A stretch of DNA of 64,000 nucleotides from Takakia lepidozioides. Its lineage: Eukaryota; Plantae; Bryophyta. The position numbers were made by a program, and so were the translations under genes. The notes below the pieces were generated by a model. It did not search any database. It was not told the origin of the DNA and worked only from the letters and a program-made list of their open reading frames with translations. Location of the stretch: NCBI GenBank assembly GCA_030704615.1, contig CM060733.1, positions 59,024,001-59,088,000 of the forward strand, written 5' to 3'. Each line of letters starts with the position of its first letter. The first letter of the stretch is position 1. Shown here one piece after another: positions 1 through 11,232 of the stretch.

Positions 1-94
1 CTCCCACAGGCCCTTTGACCTCCCTGTGAAGGCAATTCTTCTTCTCCTCTGAATACCTGGGTCATAGCATAAGAAGTGGTATGGGATCTGCCAG

Positions 95-3000
95 GTACCA
101 CCAATCAAAGGCAAGTACGATTATGCGAGTGGTATGGCGCTGTTGACGTTCTGCCTCCTCATTGCTGGAGAGTATGTCACAGTGGCTTTCTGATTACATA
201 CTCTTAACTTATTGTGTTTCTAGTCTCCGGGTAATTTCACATGGTTGGCCGGAAGTTGAGGGGGACAGAGAGATATTGCAGTTATAGCGTTGAACAGGGT
301 TGCAGATCTCAGTATGTTATGCATTAACAATGCTTTTGACGGCAAGGGTAAACTATACCCCTTACCCTTTTGTGTTGGTGAGACTAAGAACTTAGAAAAT
401 TGAACCATTCAACAGGTATGGTTTCCACAAAGGATGGAAAATAGCAATTGTACGCTTGCTGCTGGTGCTCATTGGCTTCGTCATAGCTGCCATCATCCAT
501 TTAGTGATCAAGCCTGTCTTCGCTGGAACCGACTTGCACTGCAAAGTAGCCAATCACTTTGACAAGGTCAGCTGGAATTCTTTATGCATTTCTTTTCAAG
601 TTTGCTAATTAATGGTCACCTTCATTCCCACAAACCCTCTCAGATCCTGCTTGCAGAGGGTTAGTAAGAAACTTTACTGCAATAGCTGTTTACGCTCACA
701 TTAGCAGGAACTGACTTGGCAATAGCCTGAGGATGTGGCTGTCATGGATGCTGACTGCTGTGAATCACGTATCCAAGAACAGTAGGTAAAATATGAAGCT
801 GAGTATAGTTAATAGAAAGGTGTGAACATACCATTTTCCCCTAGAGAACATGTTTATCTTTATTTTTCTAAAGATTCACATGCGTATTTGGAGCAGATCT
901 GACCAGTCAAAAAATCTAACACTAATGATTTTGTCTTGAACTCATTTAGTGTGGGGGTTGCGTGCAGATTGCTGTTACGCTGGAAACTTGTGTCCAGTCG
1001 TATATGGTGGGCAAGCGCTTTGATAAGATCGAGGAGATTTGGAAAGGGAGGGCAGCTGATGACCTTGTTCATCAGGGATATAAGGATGTCATTCAATCTA
1101 AAGGAGAAATTGATTCTTTGGTATGTCTCAGATGGCTTTCCGTTCTTCAGAATTTATACATCATTTTGCAGGCTCTCTGTCTGTCTGTCTCTCTTTCTGT
1201 ACCATTTCATATTTCTTCTTCTCTTGCCAGATCAATTTCTTTTCCAAAGGGGTATGGTAGGTTTGTGCTGGTAGCTGCACCTATTCTGCTCTCCTTGTCC
1301 AATCGTCCCACTTGCCAGTTTCTGGCTATGTCTAAACAGACTGTGGGGTCCATGCCGCAAGGTGTCTAGCAAAGTCTTTCTCATAAATTCTTCTTGTGTT
1401 CTGTTTTAGATTTTTTCTGCCCTGAAAATAGTCAAACACTAGAGCTGATCAGTGGCACCAGGGTTGCCTTGCACCCGTTGAGCTAATTGAAAGATAGTCA
1501 TAATCTAGAATGCACAGGCCGGATCTGTTACTGGTCCAGTTGATACTCTTGAAAACATGATACCATCACTCCAGGCACCTGCCCAACCTGTCACTTGGAA
1601 ATGATATAATTTGCTTCACAAGATCTGAAAGAAATGTGGGGGGAAAGCATGCATTGGTGATGTGGGAGCCCCCCCATGGCCCTTTTGGATGGAGATATCC
1701 ATGGCAGCTGTACAAGGACGTCACACTCAGAGCTCGGCGATGTGCCTTCAACGCTGTCGCAATGGATGGTTGCCTTCGCTCCGAAATTCAGGCACCAGTA
1801 GCAACACGGCAGCTTCTTGCACAGCCTATGGCTAAATTAACCACTTCGGCAGTCAAGGTAAGAGCTGGTCAACCTGCCTGTGTATTGGCACTATTATCTC
1901 TGGCCCTCTTTCATCTTCTGAAACGCGTCTTACTATTTGTTGCATTTGATACTGAACCAAATTGCTACATTTACATAATTACAGTTTATATCCAGTCAAC
2001 ACCATTGAAATCCTTATGTGGGTGAGAGAATGAAGAATAAGACAGTCATTTTGTACTTGGGTCACCTTCTCCACAAGCATGCCAGTATCACCCCGTGATC
2101 TCATGGGGAAGGAGATGATGTTCTGTCTCCACTACTTGGATGTATGTACTGTACACATTCTAACCTCACAAGTGTGTTGATCAGTCTGTCTTTCTCAATC
2201 CTAATTCGTTTATCATCATCAGGTACTTCACACATTGGGGGAGAGCCTCAGGGAGATGAGGTACATAGACACACGGTTACTTCTCGAAGAAATGGAAGGA
2301 GCTGTGCTAGAGCTGCAGCGTGAACTGCAGGACAAGGCTGGAACTCTCACAACACCCACACACTTTACAGACCAATGGGTGGAGCAACACCTGGATGAGG
2401 AAGACAAGAAAGAACACGTGGTCCCCTCAAGTAACTGTTCTGGTAGTGCTATGAAAGGCGAGAAGTTGTATCTATGTGTGCATGTTATCCACGGTTGGGT
2501 AGTCTTGAAAAGAAATCTGGATGTAAGATGTTTGTGGATCATGTCATCACCCATGGCTATTGCTGGTACACAGGCTCCTGCAATCATGAAGTAGTCTGAG
2601 GACTTTCTGAGGTTTTCATGCAGTAGAAACTTGTTTGCTTGGAGTAACATCTGCTACATGTAAGCTCTTCATGTTTCTACAATCATCTGTAAGCGTGTCT
2701 ATTACGTACTGATACTTTAATTCCTCACTCTTGTTAGGTAGTAGTGAGCCTAACACTCTGATATTGACCTGCTTTAGGGTTCTCTCACGCAGGTGTCCTT
2801 ACCGAGAGGAGTGAGAGAACTATTCGCTGGGTGCCTGGGACACCGTCTTCCACAAAATCGGCAGCAATGATGGAACGCATCTGTAGCCGTTCGCACGTCG
2901 ACCAGCTTAAAGTTCCAGTTCCTGGAGGAGTGGCTATATTGTCTGTGATTCAATTTGTATGTCTTTTGGTGGAGTTTTCTGCTGCGTTGAAGCATGCTGC

Positions 3001-3118
3001 AGTCTCCGTGAGAATATTTAGTGACAGTGCAGGATTCACAGAAACGGGGAAGAAGCGAGTGTCCAGTACGAAGGACGGCGGTAAAGATGTGGCTCTCCAA
3101 GACGTTCTGGCTGAGTAA
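95..3118 (+). CDS. ALMT: Aluminium-activated malate transporter (ALMT family), 3' part; 5' exons lie outside the window
   Basis: Phase-compatible GT-AG exons at about 95-171 (KYDYASGMALLTFCLL), 417-566 (RLLLVLIGF..PVFAGTDLH), 968-1120 (IAVTLETCVQSY..GYKDVIQSKGEIDSL), 1648-1857 (ALMT signature WEPPHG..YPW..Y..RRCAF), 2223-2441 and 2792-3118 (SVIQFVCLLVEF, stop TAA 3116-3118). Confidence 0.92.
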
Positions 3119-3119
3119 A

Positions 3120-3298
3120 TGTTAATATCTACATTCTATATATGAGCAAACATACAAGTGAGAGAGAAAGTTGAGACAGAATAGAAGCGTTGTATTACGT
3201 CTCTGAACATACCTTTACATCTCTTGAGAAGTGTCTCTAGTCTACGAATATGAAAGGTTACTTAGTACTTGACTTACTAATCTACAAACCCTTTAACA
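3120..3298 (-). repeat. 3' LTR of Copia element
   Basis: Direct repeat of 8424-8603 with TG...CA ends; about 3 substitutions and 3 single-base indels by eye. Confidence 0.95.
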
Positions 3299-5024
3299 CT
3301 CCCACTTAGATAGTGAGTCACGGTCTAGAATTAAGCTGAATGCTACTCTCTAGGTTTCTACTATGTAACCTAAAGCTTGCACTTGAAACAAAAAACAAGT
3401 CTTGGTTAATCAGTTGTAAGGAAAACAAATATAGAGCAGCTCCCATTGTAGAGATCAAGTAGCAATAAGACCAAGTCTAAGAGCACAATATTCATGCTTT
3501 AAGATTTAGTAAATATGTCTGCAACATTTTCATCAGTGTTGTAGTATTCCAGCTTCACCATTCCTCGTGTGATCACCTCCTGTATATAGTGATACTGGAT
3601 TTCGATATGCTTCGTTCTTGCATGGAATTTATGATCATATGACAGAGCAATACAACTTTGATTGTCGCATTTGAGAATTGTTGCCGTTGATTGTACTTGT
3701 CCAACATCACTTAATAGCTGTCTGATCCATACAACATCTTTCGCAGCTTCTGTAGCTGTTTTATACTCTGCCTCTGTGCTTGACAAGGCTATAGTGGGTT
3801 GGCGTTTCCTACTCCAACTAACAGCCCATCTCCAAGTAAATAAGTGTAGCCAGTTGTGGATTTCCGACTGTCTGGCTCACCAGCCCAGTCTGCATCACAA
3901 AAGCTTACCAGAGTAGAAGCATTTCTTCCTTGTGCAGAATATTGAAGAGCACTTGTTGCTGTACATTTCAGGTATCTAAAGATACGCTTGACTGCTTGCC
4001 AATGTGCTGGTCCCGGATTTGCGGAATGCTGAGACACTACCCCCACTGCAAACGGTAACGCTAAATCAAGACGTGTACAGACCATGGCATAGGTCAAAGA
4101 ACCAAACAGCTTGTTGATATGGTACATGACGCATGGCTTCCACTTCGTCAGGTGTGTGAGGTGCTTGATCTTTGGAAAGTTTCAGATTGACCTCCAAAGG
4201 TGAAGCCACAGGTTTGCAATGAGTCATACCAAACTGCTCAAGCTTAACCTTGACATAATGAGCCTGAGTTAGGATCACCGAACCAGCTTGTCGATCACGA
4301 AGAACTTGTATGCCCAGCAAGTAATGAACAACTCCATGATCGGTCATCTCAAAGGCTGTCTGTAATTCACTCTTGATACGAAGCATAAGTGAGACATTGT
4401 CGCAAACCAAAATGGCATCATCCACAAATAACGCAAGTATTAGAAATGAACCAGAATGTCCACGCACATAGACATTACAATCTGCTCATGTGCGATGAAA
4501 GCCCACTTGGAGAAGGCAAGAGTCAATCCTCTCGTACCACACACGCGGAGCTTGTTTAAGTCCATATAGACTTCGAAGGAGACGACAGACTTGATGTTCA
4601 TGGCTTGCCTTGACGAAGCCTTCTGGTTGACGCATGTAGATCTCATCTTTGAGGTGGCCATGTAAGAATGCCGTCTTGACATCTAGTTGGTCAACCTCCC
4701 AATTGTGAGCGCCAGTGCCAAAAGAACTCGAATGGATGTGATCTTGACCACATGAGAAAATGTATCTGTGTAGTCAAGACCTGCAACTTGAAAGTACCAT
4801 TTGGCTACAAGTCGAGCTTTATAATGCTCAACCGTGCCATCAGGATTCAACTTAAGTTTAAAAACCCACTTGCAGTTCATCGGCTTACGGCCCTAGGGTA
4901 GATCAGCTAACGCCCAAGTATTGTTCTTCATTAAGGACTGAAACTCAGAAGCAATGGCAGCTTGCCAATGTGGAGCATCAGGCCTTGTGAGAGCTTCATG
5001 ATAAGTGAAGGGTTTGGTCATCAT

Positions 5025-6300
5025 ACTAGACTTAGATGGACGCTTGCACCCATTAAAATTATGTGAAGGCTGCCTCTTTGGCAAACAACAACGACACAAA
5101 TTTCCAAAGGAGGGCAGCAGAACAACAGAACTTTTGGCCCTTGTCCATTCGGATGTATGTGGCCCGATGCAGACCATATCTCGTGGAGGAGCCAGATACT
5201 TTCCTACTTTCATATATGACTACAGCAAATAATGTGTTCTTGTCCTTCTAAAAGCAAAATCTGAAGTCCTACACAACTTTAAGTCTTTCAAAGTTATGTT
5301 AGAAAATCAAACTAAACATCAACTTAAAGTCCTACGGAGTGACAATGGCTCTGAGTTTGTTTCTAAAGCTTTTCAATTATACTGTACTCAACATGGGATT
5401 AAACATCAGCTTACAGTTCCTTATACACCTGAACAAAATGGGGTAGCTGAGCGTAGAAATGGAACTCTAGTGGAGTCAGCTAGGAGTATGTTGAAAGCGG
5501 CAGGTATGCCCAATAGTATTTGGGGTGAGGCTATTACTACTGCTAACTATTTGCATAATAGACTGATTACCAAGGCTGTAGCCGATAGGACTCCTGAAGA
5601 GATATGGACAAGCTGCAAACCCAATGTTACGCATTTACGCATTTTTTGTTGCATTGCCTATGCTCATATTCCCAAGGAGAAAAGGAAGAAGTTAGATGCA
5701 AAAAGTCGTAAGTGTCGATTTGTAGGCTATCACATTGACGTTAAGGGCTACAGACTACTTGATCTTCAAACTCAACAGATAGTTATCAGTCGTGATGTTG
5801 TTTTCCACGAAGACCTACCTTCTCTTACATCCGATGGGCCTCTTCAGTGGGAGTCAGCTTCTTCTCTTTCAGATCCTGAGCATGCTACTATAACAGTGGG
5901 GAACATTTCTGTACCGTTACATCCCCTCCCACCTGTTGTACCACTTGCACCATCTGCACCTCCACCCCCTGTGCCACCTATTGTGCTTGTGGCTTTACCA
6001 CATACTCCACCAATCACTAATGCCTCCACCTAACCTGCTGGATCTTCCTCTCCTACAGAGACTCCATTACAGCGTCGTATGTCATATAATAATCCTTTAT
6101 TCTCTGATGACACACTACCTATTGCTGAGTTTCAGCCCTCTGTCCCAAATGCACTTCCAACTACCCCCGGTCCTCCTTTCCCTGCACTCTCTGGTTTTAC
6201 ATTTGGTACTCAACCACAAGTTACCAGATTTGGTCGTAGAGTCAAACCTAATCTCAAATATCTTCATTTTCACAATGGTATGTTGGTGAGTCCATCAACT
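5025..6300 (+). pseudogene. Copia integrase (Zn finger, DDE core, GKGY), inverted relative to the rest of the element
   Basis: CEGCLFGKQQR, LVHSDVCGP, LRSDNGSEF, TPEQNGVAERRN and VGY..KGYRL are read on +, while gag, RT and RNase H are on -. Internal stop at 5230-5232. Confidence 0.92.
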
Positions 6301-6862
6301 ACATGAAGCTTCTACATGAGCCGCGTCAAGACATATATCATGTCCCAGCGTTGTGTCAGAATTTAATCTCTGTGAGTCGCGTAGTCACTGCCGGTTACAA
6401 AATCACCTTCACTAAGGAGCAAGTCATCTTGGAGGGCTTTGGTGGACATATGATCGTCTTGAATGAGGTTTCCCATGATGGTCTATATAAAGTTGGCACA
6501 TCAGGCCCTGAGATTACAAGCAGCATGCAAAAGTTACTTGAACCTCCATGTGCGGCCTTGAGTGTGTCCAATAGAAGTTTGAACAACTCAGCCATTTGGC
6601 ATCATAGATATGGTCAAGCTTCATGTCGCCAGTCAAAAGTTTGATGGCAAAATCTCCTTTGCCATGGATTGAGTGGTGGGAATTGTCACCGAGGTAGACA
6701 CTATCTCACGGTGTGATATGTGCATAAGTCAAAAACCAATGTCTATGAGAAGTCATGTCATCAGTAACTCCGGAATTCAAGAGCAAGTCAATGGAAATCT
6801 CCTTTACGACAAACCCTCGAGATAACATAAATATCCTATGTTCTCGGGCGACCTGTCCAGAC

Positions 6863-7367
6863 CAGTGTTGGATTGGTAACAAGTTTTTTACATACCAGTC
6901 TGGTCCTGGTACCAGACGTATCACAAAGTTTTCATACCAGTCAGGTCTATATAATGGTGGATGTATATTTGTCCAAATACTGGTATGAGTATGAGTATCA
7001 TGACCACAATACTAGCTGGTATGAGGTATCAACTATGGTATCATCCTTTATGTGTATTGTATTTATTTTCACTTGATATTTGCTATTTGATAAACTTGTA
7101 ATTCAAGATGGCTTTAGAAGTAAATATACATAAATACAAATGTATAGGCAAATGTACACATAAATTAATATGGTACACATATCATAGTAAATGAGGTAGA
7201 CTGCGGGGGAGTACTTGTATTGTGGCTGGTATGAAAAAACTGATACCAGCGTGGTCTGGTATATGACCAAGTACTCTCCTAAATGATACCAAACTGGTCT
7301 GGTGTCTAATACCAGTGCATATACCAATACTTTATACCAATCCTTCACCTATATACGTCCAACACTT
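6863..7367. mobile_element. Non-autonomous hAT-type MITE nested in the Copia gag-protease junction
   Basis: TIRs CAGTGTTGGA / TCCAACACTT; 8-bp TSD GTCCAGAC (6855-6862) vs GTCCACAC (7368-7375); many subterminal ACCAG/CTGGT motifs. Confidence 0.85.
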
Positions 7368-8423
7368 GTCCACACCGAACTTTGGACGCCTTCTTGTCCG
7401 CTAGTAGCTTTCGGCACTCTTTTTTAATGTGCCCCATCTTATGACAATAATGGCAAGGTCCTTTCCTCCTCTTTCCATATGGTGTATAGATTGAGGGTTG
7501 ACTGAGAATGGGTGTGTTAATACCACTCCTCTGACCTTGGTTGACAGGATAACTATTTGATCCTCTTGGAGATCTAGTTATCTACCTCTTCTGGTTTGGC
7601 TTCTTGCCAGCCCAGAATTCCGTGACTCCATCTGTTGCAGATAAGTCACCATTCTTCCTTCTACGAATGTCGTCAGTCAATAATTTGGCTGCAACATCTT
7701 GAAGGGATAATCCAAGTTGATTACTTAAGGTCATAATTATAGGCTCGTATGATTCAGGAAGACTACTTAAGAGTGTCTCTACGTTGTCTTCATCTAAATA
7801 TGTGACCCCCACTGACCCTAGTTGTTCTACGAGGAGTCTAAATTCATGAATATGAATTTTAATGTCACTCCCTTATCTCAAATTGTAATTGACATATTGC
7901 TTTTCAAGATGACACTTATTTATCATGTCATTTGTGTGATAGACTCTTTGTAAAGCTACCCAATTCAAATTTGCTGTAAGTGAAGAGGTCACATGACCGA
8001 GACATTGTTTTTAACACTATCTATGATTTCAATTGGACTGTCCTATCTCTATCTTCCCAATGGACGATGGAACCAACACCAGTCCTTGGTCCACCCGGGG
8101 AAGTACTTGAGCTAGGTTTTATTTTAATACCTATTACTAAATCCCAGAGTATTTCTTTTTAAAAAAGATACGATAATCTAATTTTCCAAGTTTGATAGTT
8201 AGAACCATCTAATTTCTCTACGGTTCTTTGATGAGACGAGGATGATGCCATTGTGGCACTGATTAGGATTTACTCTTCCTATAGAATTTTAGGACCCTAT
8301 GTTTTCTGAAGACATTATACATTTTCTATGGTTCAAAAAACTCATAGAATGTTAAGGTCAATTTGAAACAAGGAGTCCCATCCCATCGGATCGTTCTATA
8401 TTATCTATAGAGGCCTGATACCA

Positions 8424-8603
8424 TGTTAATATCTACATTCTATATATGAGTAAACATACAAGTGAGAAAGAAAGTTGAGACAGAATAGAAGCGTTGTATT
8501 ACGTCTCTGAAACATACCTTTACATCTCTTGAGAAGTGTCTCTAGTCTACGAGATATGAAAGGTTACTTACTACTTGACTTACTAATCACAAACCCTTTA
8601 ACA
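8424..8603 (-). repeat. 5' LTR of Copia element
   Basis: Direct repeat of 3120-3298, adjacent to the PBS. Confidence 0.95.
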
Positions 8604-9076
8604 GTAAAGTTGTCTGGATTCTATCCCACTTATTCCAACCTCAAGAATTTTTTTCTCTGCGCCCATATCAACGTTCCAAATTTATGGACGAATTGGCAAG
8701 GAAAGAAAGAATTGGGTCTTAGGAAAGCCGCATCTTTGGTTGCTAGATATTCGCAGCACGTTCCATGTCATGTGGGTAGGCATAGCTTCGAATTTACAAG
8801 TTCAATTCCCTTGCCTTTGAAGAGATCCTAACTCCTGCGCCAATAAAATGTTGCTGCACATCAGAATAAGCTGAAAGCCTTTCGAGAGCATTGAATTTGG
8901 ACTGCAGATCGAACTTTGGAGAGCTCAGAAACGAAGATAGGTCTGATAAGCACCAAGATCTTTCAATCAATAAAAGATCCTTTTTTCTGTTACAAATTTT
9001 CTCAATGTGTTCACAAGGCGCTCTCAGTCTCAGCTCGTCTACTTCCAGCCCACCACTTAAGGAAGGCAGTAGTGTC

Positions 9077-9570
9077 CAGCGCTTCTTTTTTAGGCGAAAT
9101 GGAGCCTAAAAGCGATGAAAAACAAAGGGCCGCGACAGCCCTATGTAAAATCCTGGGAAAAAAAAAACAAAAAATGCGCCAGAAAATAGGGGCGCGCATG
9201 GGCTGGTGCTAGAAAGCTCCAGGGGAACATGCGTGTTGCGCCAGAAATACACGTTCCCCACAGCCCTACATCTAGCGGCTGTCGCCCCATTGCGCGATCA
9301 ACGGTGGAGATCTCGCCATGGAGCACGACCTGGACCCTTGCTATTTGAAATTGAGGCTATGGTTTTTGCTGGCCATCTTTGGACTTTTTTGATTAATTAT
9401 TTTAGATTTCAGATTGTGAGTGGGCTCAAATCGCCATATTGCATGCAAATGAAATAGCCTGTAGCCAGTTGATTTTTAGCTAAGCATCTATGTCACCGCC
9501 ACCTTTGCACTTAGCCTTCAAATTTTGTAGCCATCTACGCTTCTTAGCCAAAATGAAAAAAAAAGCCCTG
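9077..9570. mobile_element. hAT-type MITE (copy 1)
   Basis: Perfect 8-bp TSD GTAGTGTC (9069-9076 and 9571-9578); TIRs CAGCGCTT(C)TTTTT / AAAAAAAAAGCCCTG; repeated TAGCC subterminal motifs. Confidence 0.88.
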
Positions 9571-10196
9571 GTAGTGTCTAACACCCAACAGTAGTTACAA
9601 GCTAAGCAAACTGCACTAAAGGCCTGCTAAGTGCAGTAGTTAGTGACTGCTGCTGCAATCACGGGTTGCTTAAATACGGCAGTCTCTCGCACGAGGAGCC
9701 GCCGCCATGCGGCTGCATGGGCGGGAGAGACGACGTTGACAGCTCAACAGCAATGGCGATTTGCTTTTGTGGCTCATCTCAAGTGGTTGTTTTTCACGGT
9801 GGTATGGATTTGCGGTGTTACGAGGGAAGCTTTCTGTGTGTCTCTTTCGTCAGGTGGGTTTACTTGCTGAGGCCATGGCTATTCCTTGTTTCGAGATCAC
9901 ACTCTCTCCTGTCCAAGGTTGCTTAGTCTACTGTGCGAAGGGTATTTAACTCCTGCGCCAATAAAATGTTGCTGCACATCAGAATAAGCTGAAAGCCTTT
10001 CGAGAGCATTGAATTTGGACTGCAGATCGAACTTTGGAGAGCTCAGAAACGAAGATAGGTCTGATAAGCCACCAAGATCTTTCAATCAATAAAAGATCCT
10101 TTTTTCTGTTACAAAATTTTCTCAATGTGTTCACAAGGCGCTCTCAGTCTCAGCTCGTCTACTTCCAGCCCACCACTTAAGGAAGGCAGTAGTGTC

Positions 10197-10690
10197 CAGC
10201 GCTTTTTTTTTAGGCGAAATGGAGCCTAAAAGCGATGAAAAACAAAGGGCCGCGACAGCCCTATGTAAAATCCTGGGAAAAAAAAAACAAAAAAATGCGC
10301 CAGAAAATAGGGGCGCGCATGGGCTGGTGCTAGAAAGCTCCAGGGGAAATGCGTGTTGCGACCAGAAATACACGTTCCCCACAGCCCTACATCTAGCGGC
10401 TGTCGCCCCATGCGCGATCAAACGGTGGAGATCTCGCCATGGAGCACGACCTGGACCCTTGCTATTTGAAATTGAGGCTATGGTTTTTGCTGGCCATCTT
10501 TGGACTTTTTGATTAATTATTTTAGATTTCAGATTGTGAGTGGGCTCAAATCGCCATATTGCATGCAAATGAAATAGCCTGTAGCCAGTTGATTTTTAGC
10601 TAAGCATCTATGTCACCGCCACCTTTGCACTTAGCCTTCAAATTTTGTAGCCATCTACGCTTCTTAGCCAAAATGAAAAAAAAAGCCCTG
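10197..10690. mobile_element. hAT-type MITE (copy 2, within the duplicated unit)
   Basis: Same TIRs and the same TSD GTAGTGTC (10189-10196 and 10691-10698). Confidence 0.88.
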
Positions 10691-11232
10691 GTAGTGTCTA
10701 ACACCCAACAGTAGTTACAAGCTAAGCAAACTGCACTAAAGGCCTGCTAAGTGCAGTAGTTAGTGACTGCTGCTGCAATCACGGGTTGCTTAAATACGGC
10801 AGTCTCTCGCACGAGGAGCCGCCGCCATGCGGCTGCATGGGCGGGAGAGACGACGTTGACAGCTCAACAGCAATGGCGATTTGCTTTTGTGGCTCATCTC
10901 AAGTGGTTGTTTTTCACGGTGGTATGGATTTGCGGTGTTACGAGGGAAGCTTTCTGTGTGTCTCTTTCGTCAGGTGGGTTTACTTGCTGAGGCCATGGCT
11001 ATTCCTTGTTTCGAGATCACACTCTCTCCTGTCCAAGGTTGCTTAGTCTACTGTGCGAAGGGTATTTTATTGGTATTTGAATAGTTTGAACTTGATATCT
11101 CGTGCAGCTTTTAGTTCAGATAAACTCTGCAATTACGAGCGTGGAAACGTGAGAAGTGTAGAGTGACCCCGCGATTTAGAGCGCAAGTGCAGTAACTGCG
11201 TGCTAAGAGAGGTTCAAGTATGCAAGTATATA

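Larger units (their letters stand above)
3120..8603 (-). mobile_element. Ty1/Copia LTR retrotransposon, defective and internally rearranged
   Basis: LTRs 3120-3298 and 8424-8603 (TGTTAA...TTAACA), 5-bp TSD GTAAA (3115-3119 and 8604-8608), tRNA-iMet-type PBS TGGTATCAGGCC on - at 8412-8423, PPT on - at 3299-3307. gag starts 8251 (MASSSSHQRTVEKLDGSNYQTWK), CCHC knuckle ~7410-7460, protease ~6620-6790, RT (QLDVKTAFLHG, FVDD) and RNase H (DADWAG, TKHIEIQYH) at 3499-5020. Multiple stops and frameshifts. Confidence 0.96.
8829..11066 (+). repeat. Near-identical tandem duplication of about 1.12 kb (8829-9946 and 9947-11066)
   Basis: The unit TAACTCCTGCGCC...GCGAAGGGTATT occurs twice head-to-tail; differences are almost all 1-bp indels. 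Confidence 0.97.

Noticed and set aside
9610-9735. Hairpins (CTGCACT..AGTGCAG; GTCTCTC..GAGAGAC) as a possible ncRNA or Helitron end
   Set aside because: The stems are short and imperfect, with no recognisable RNA family and no CTRR terminus.
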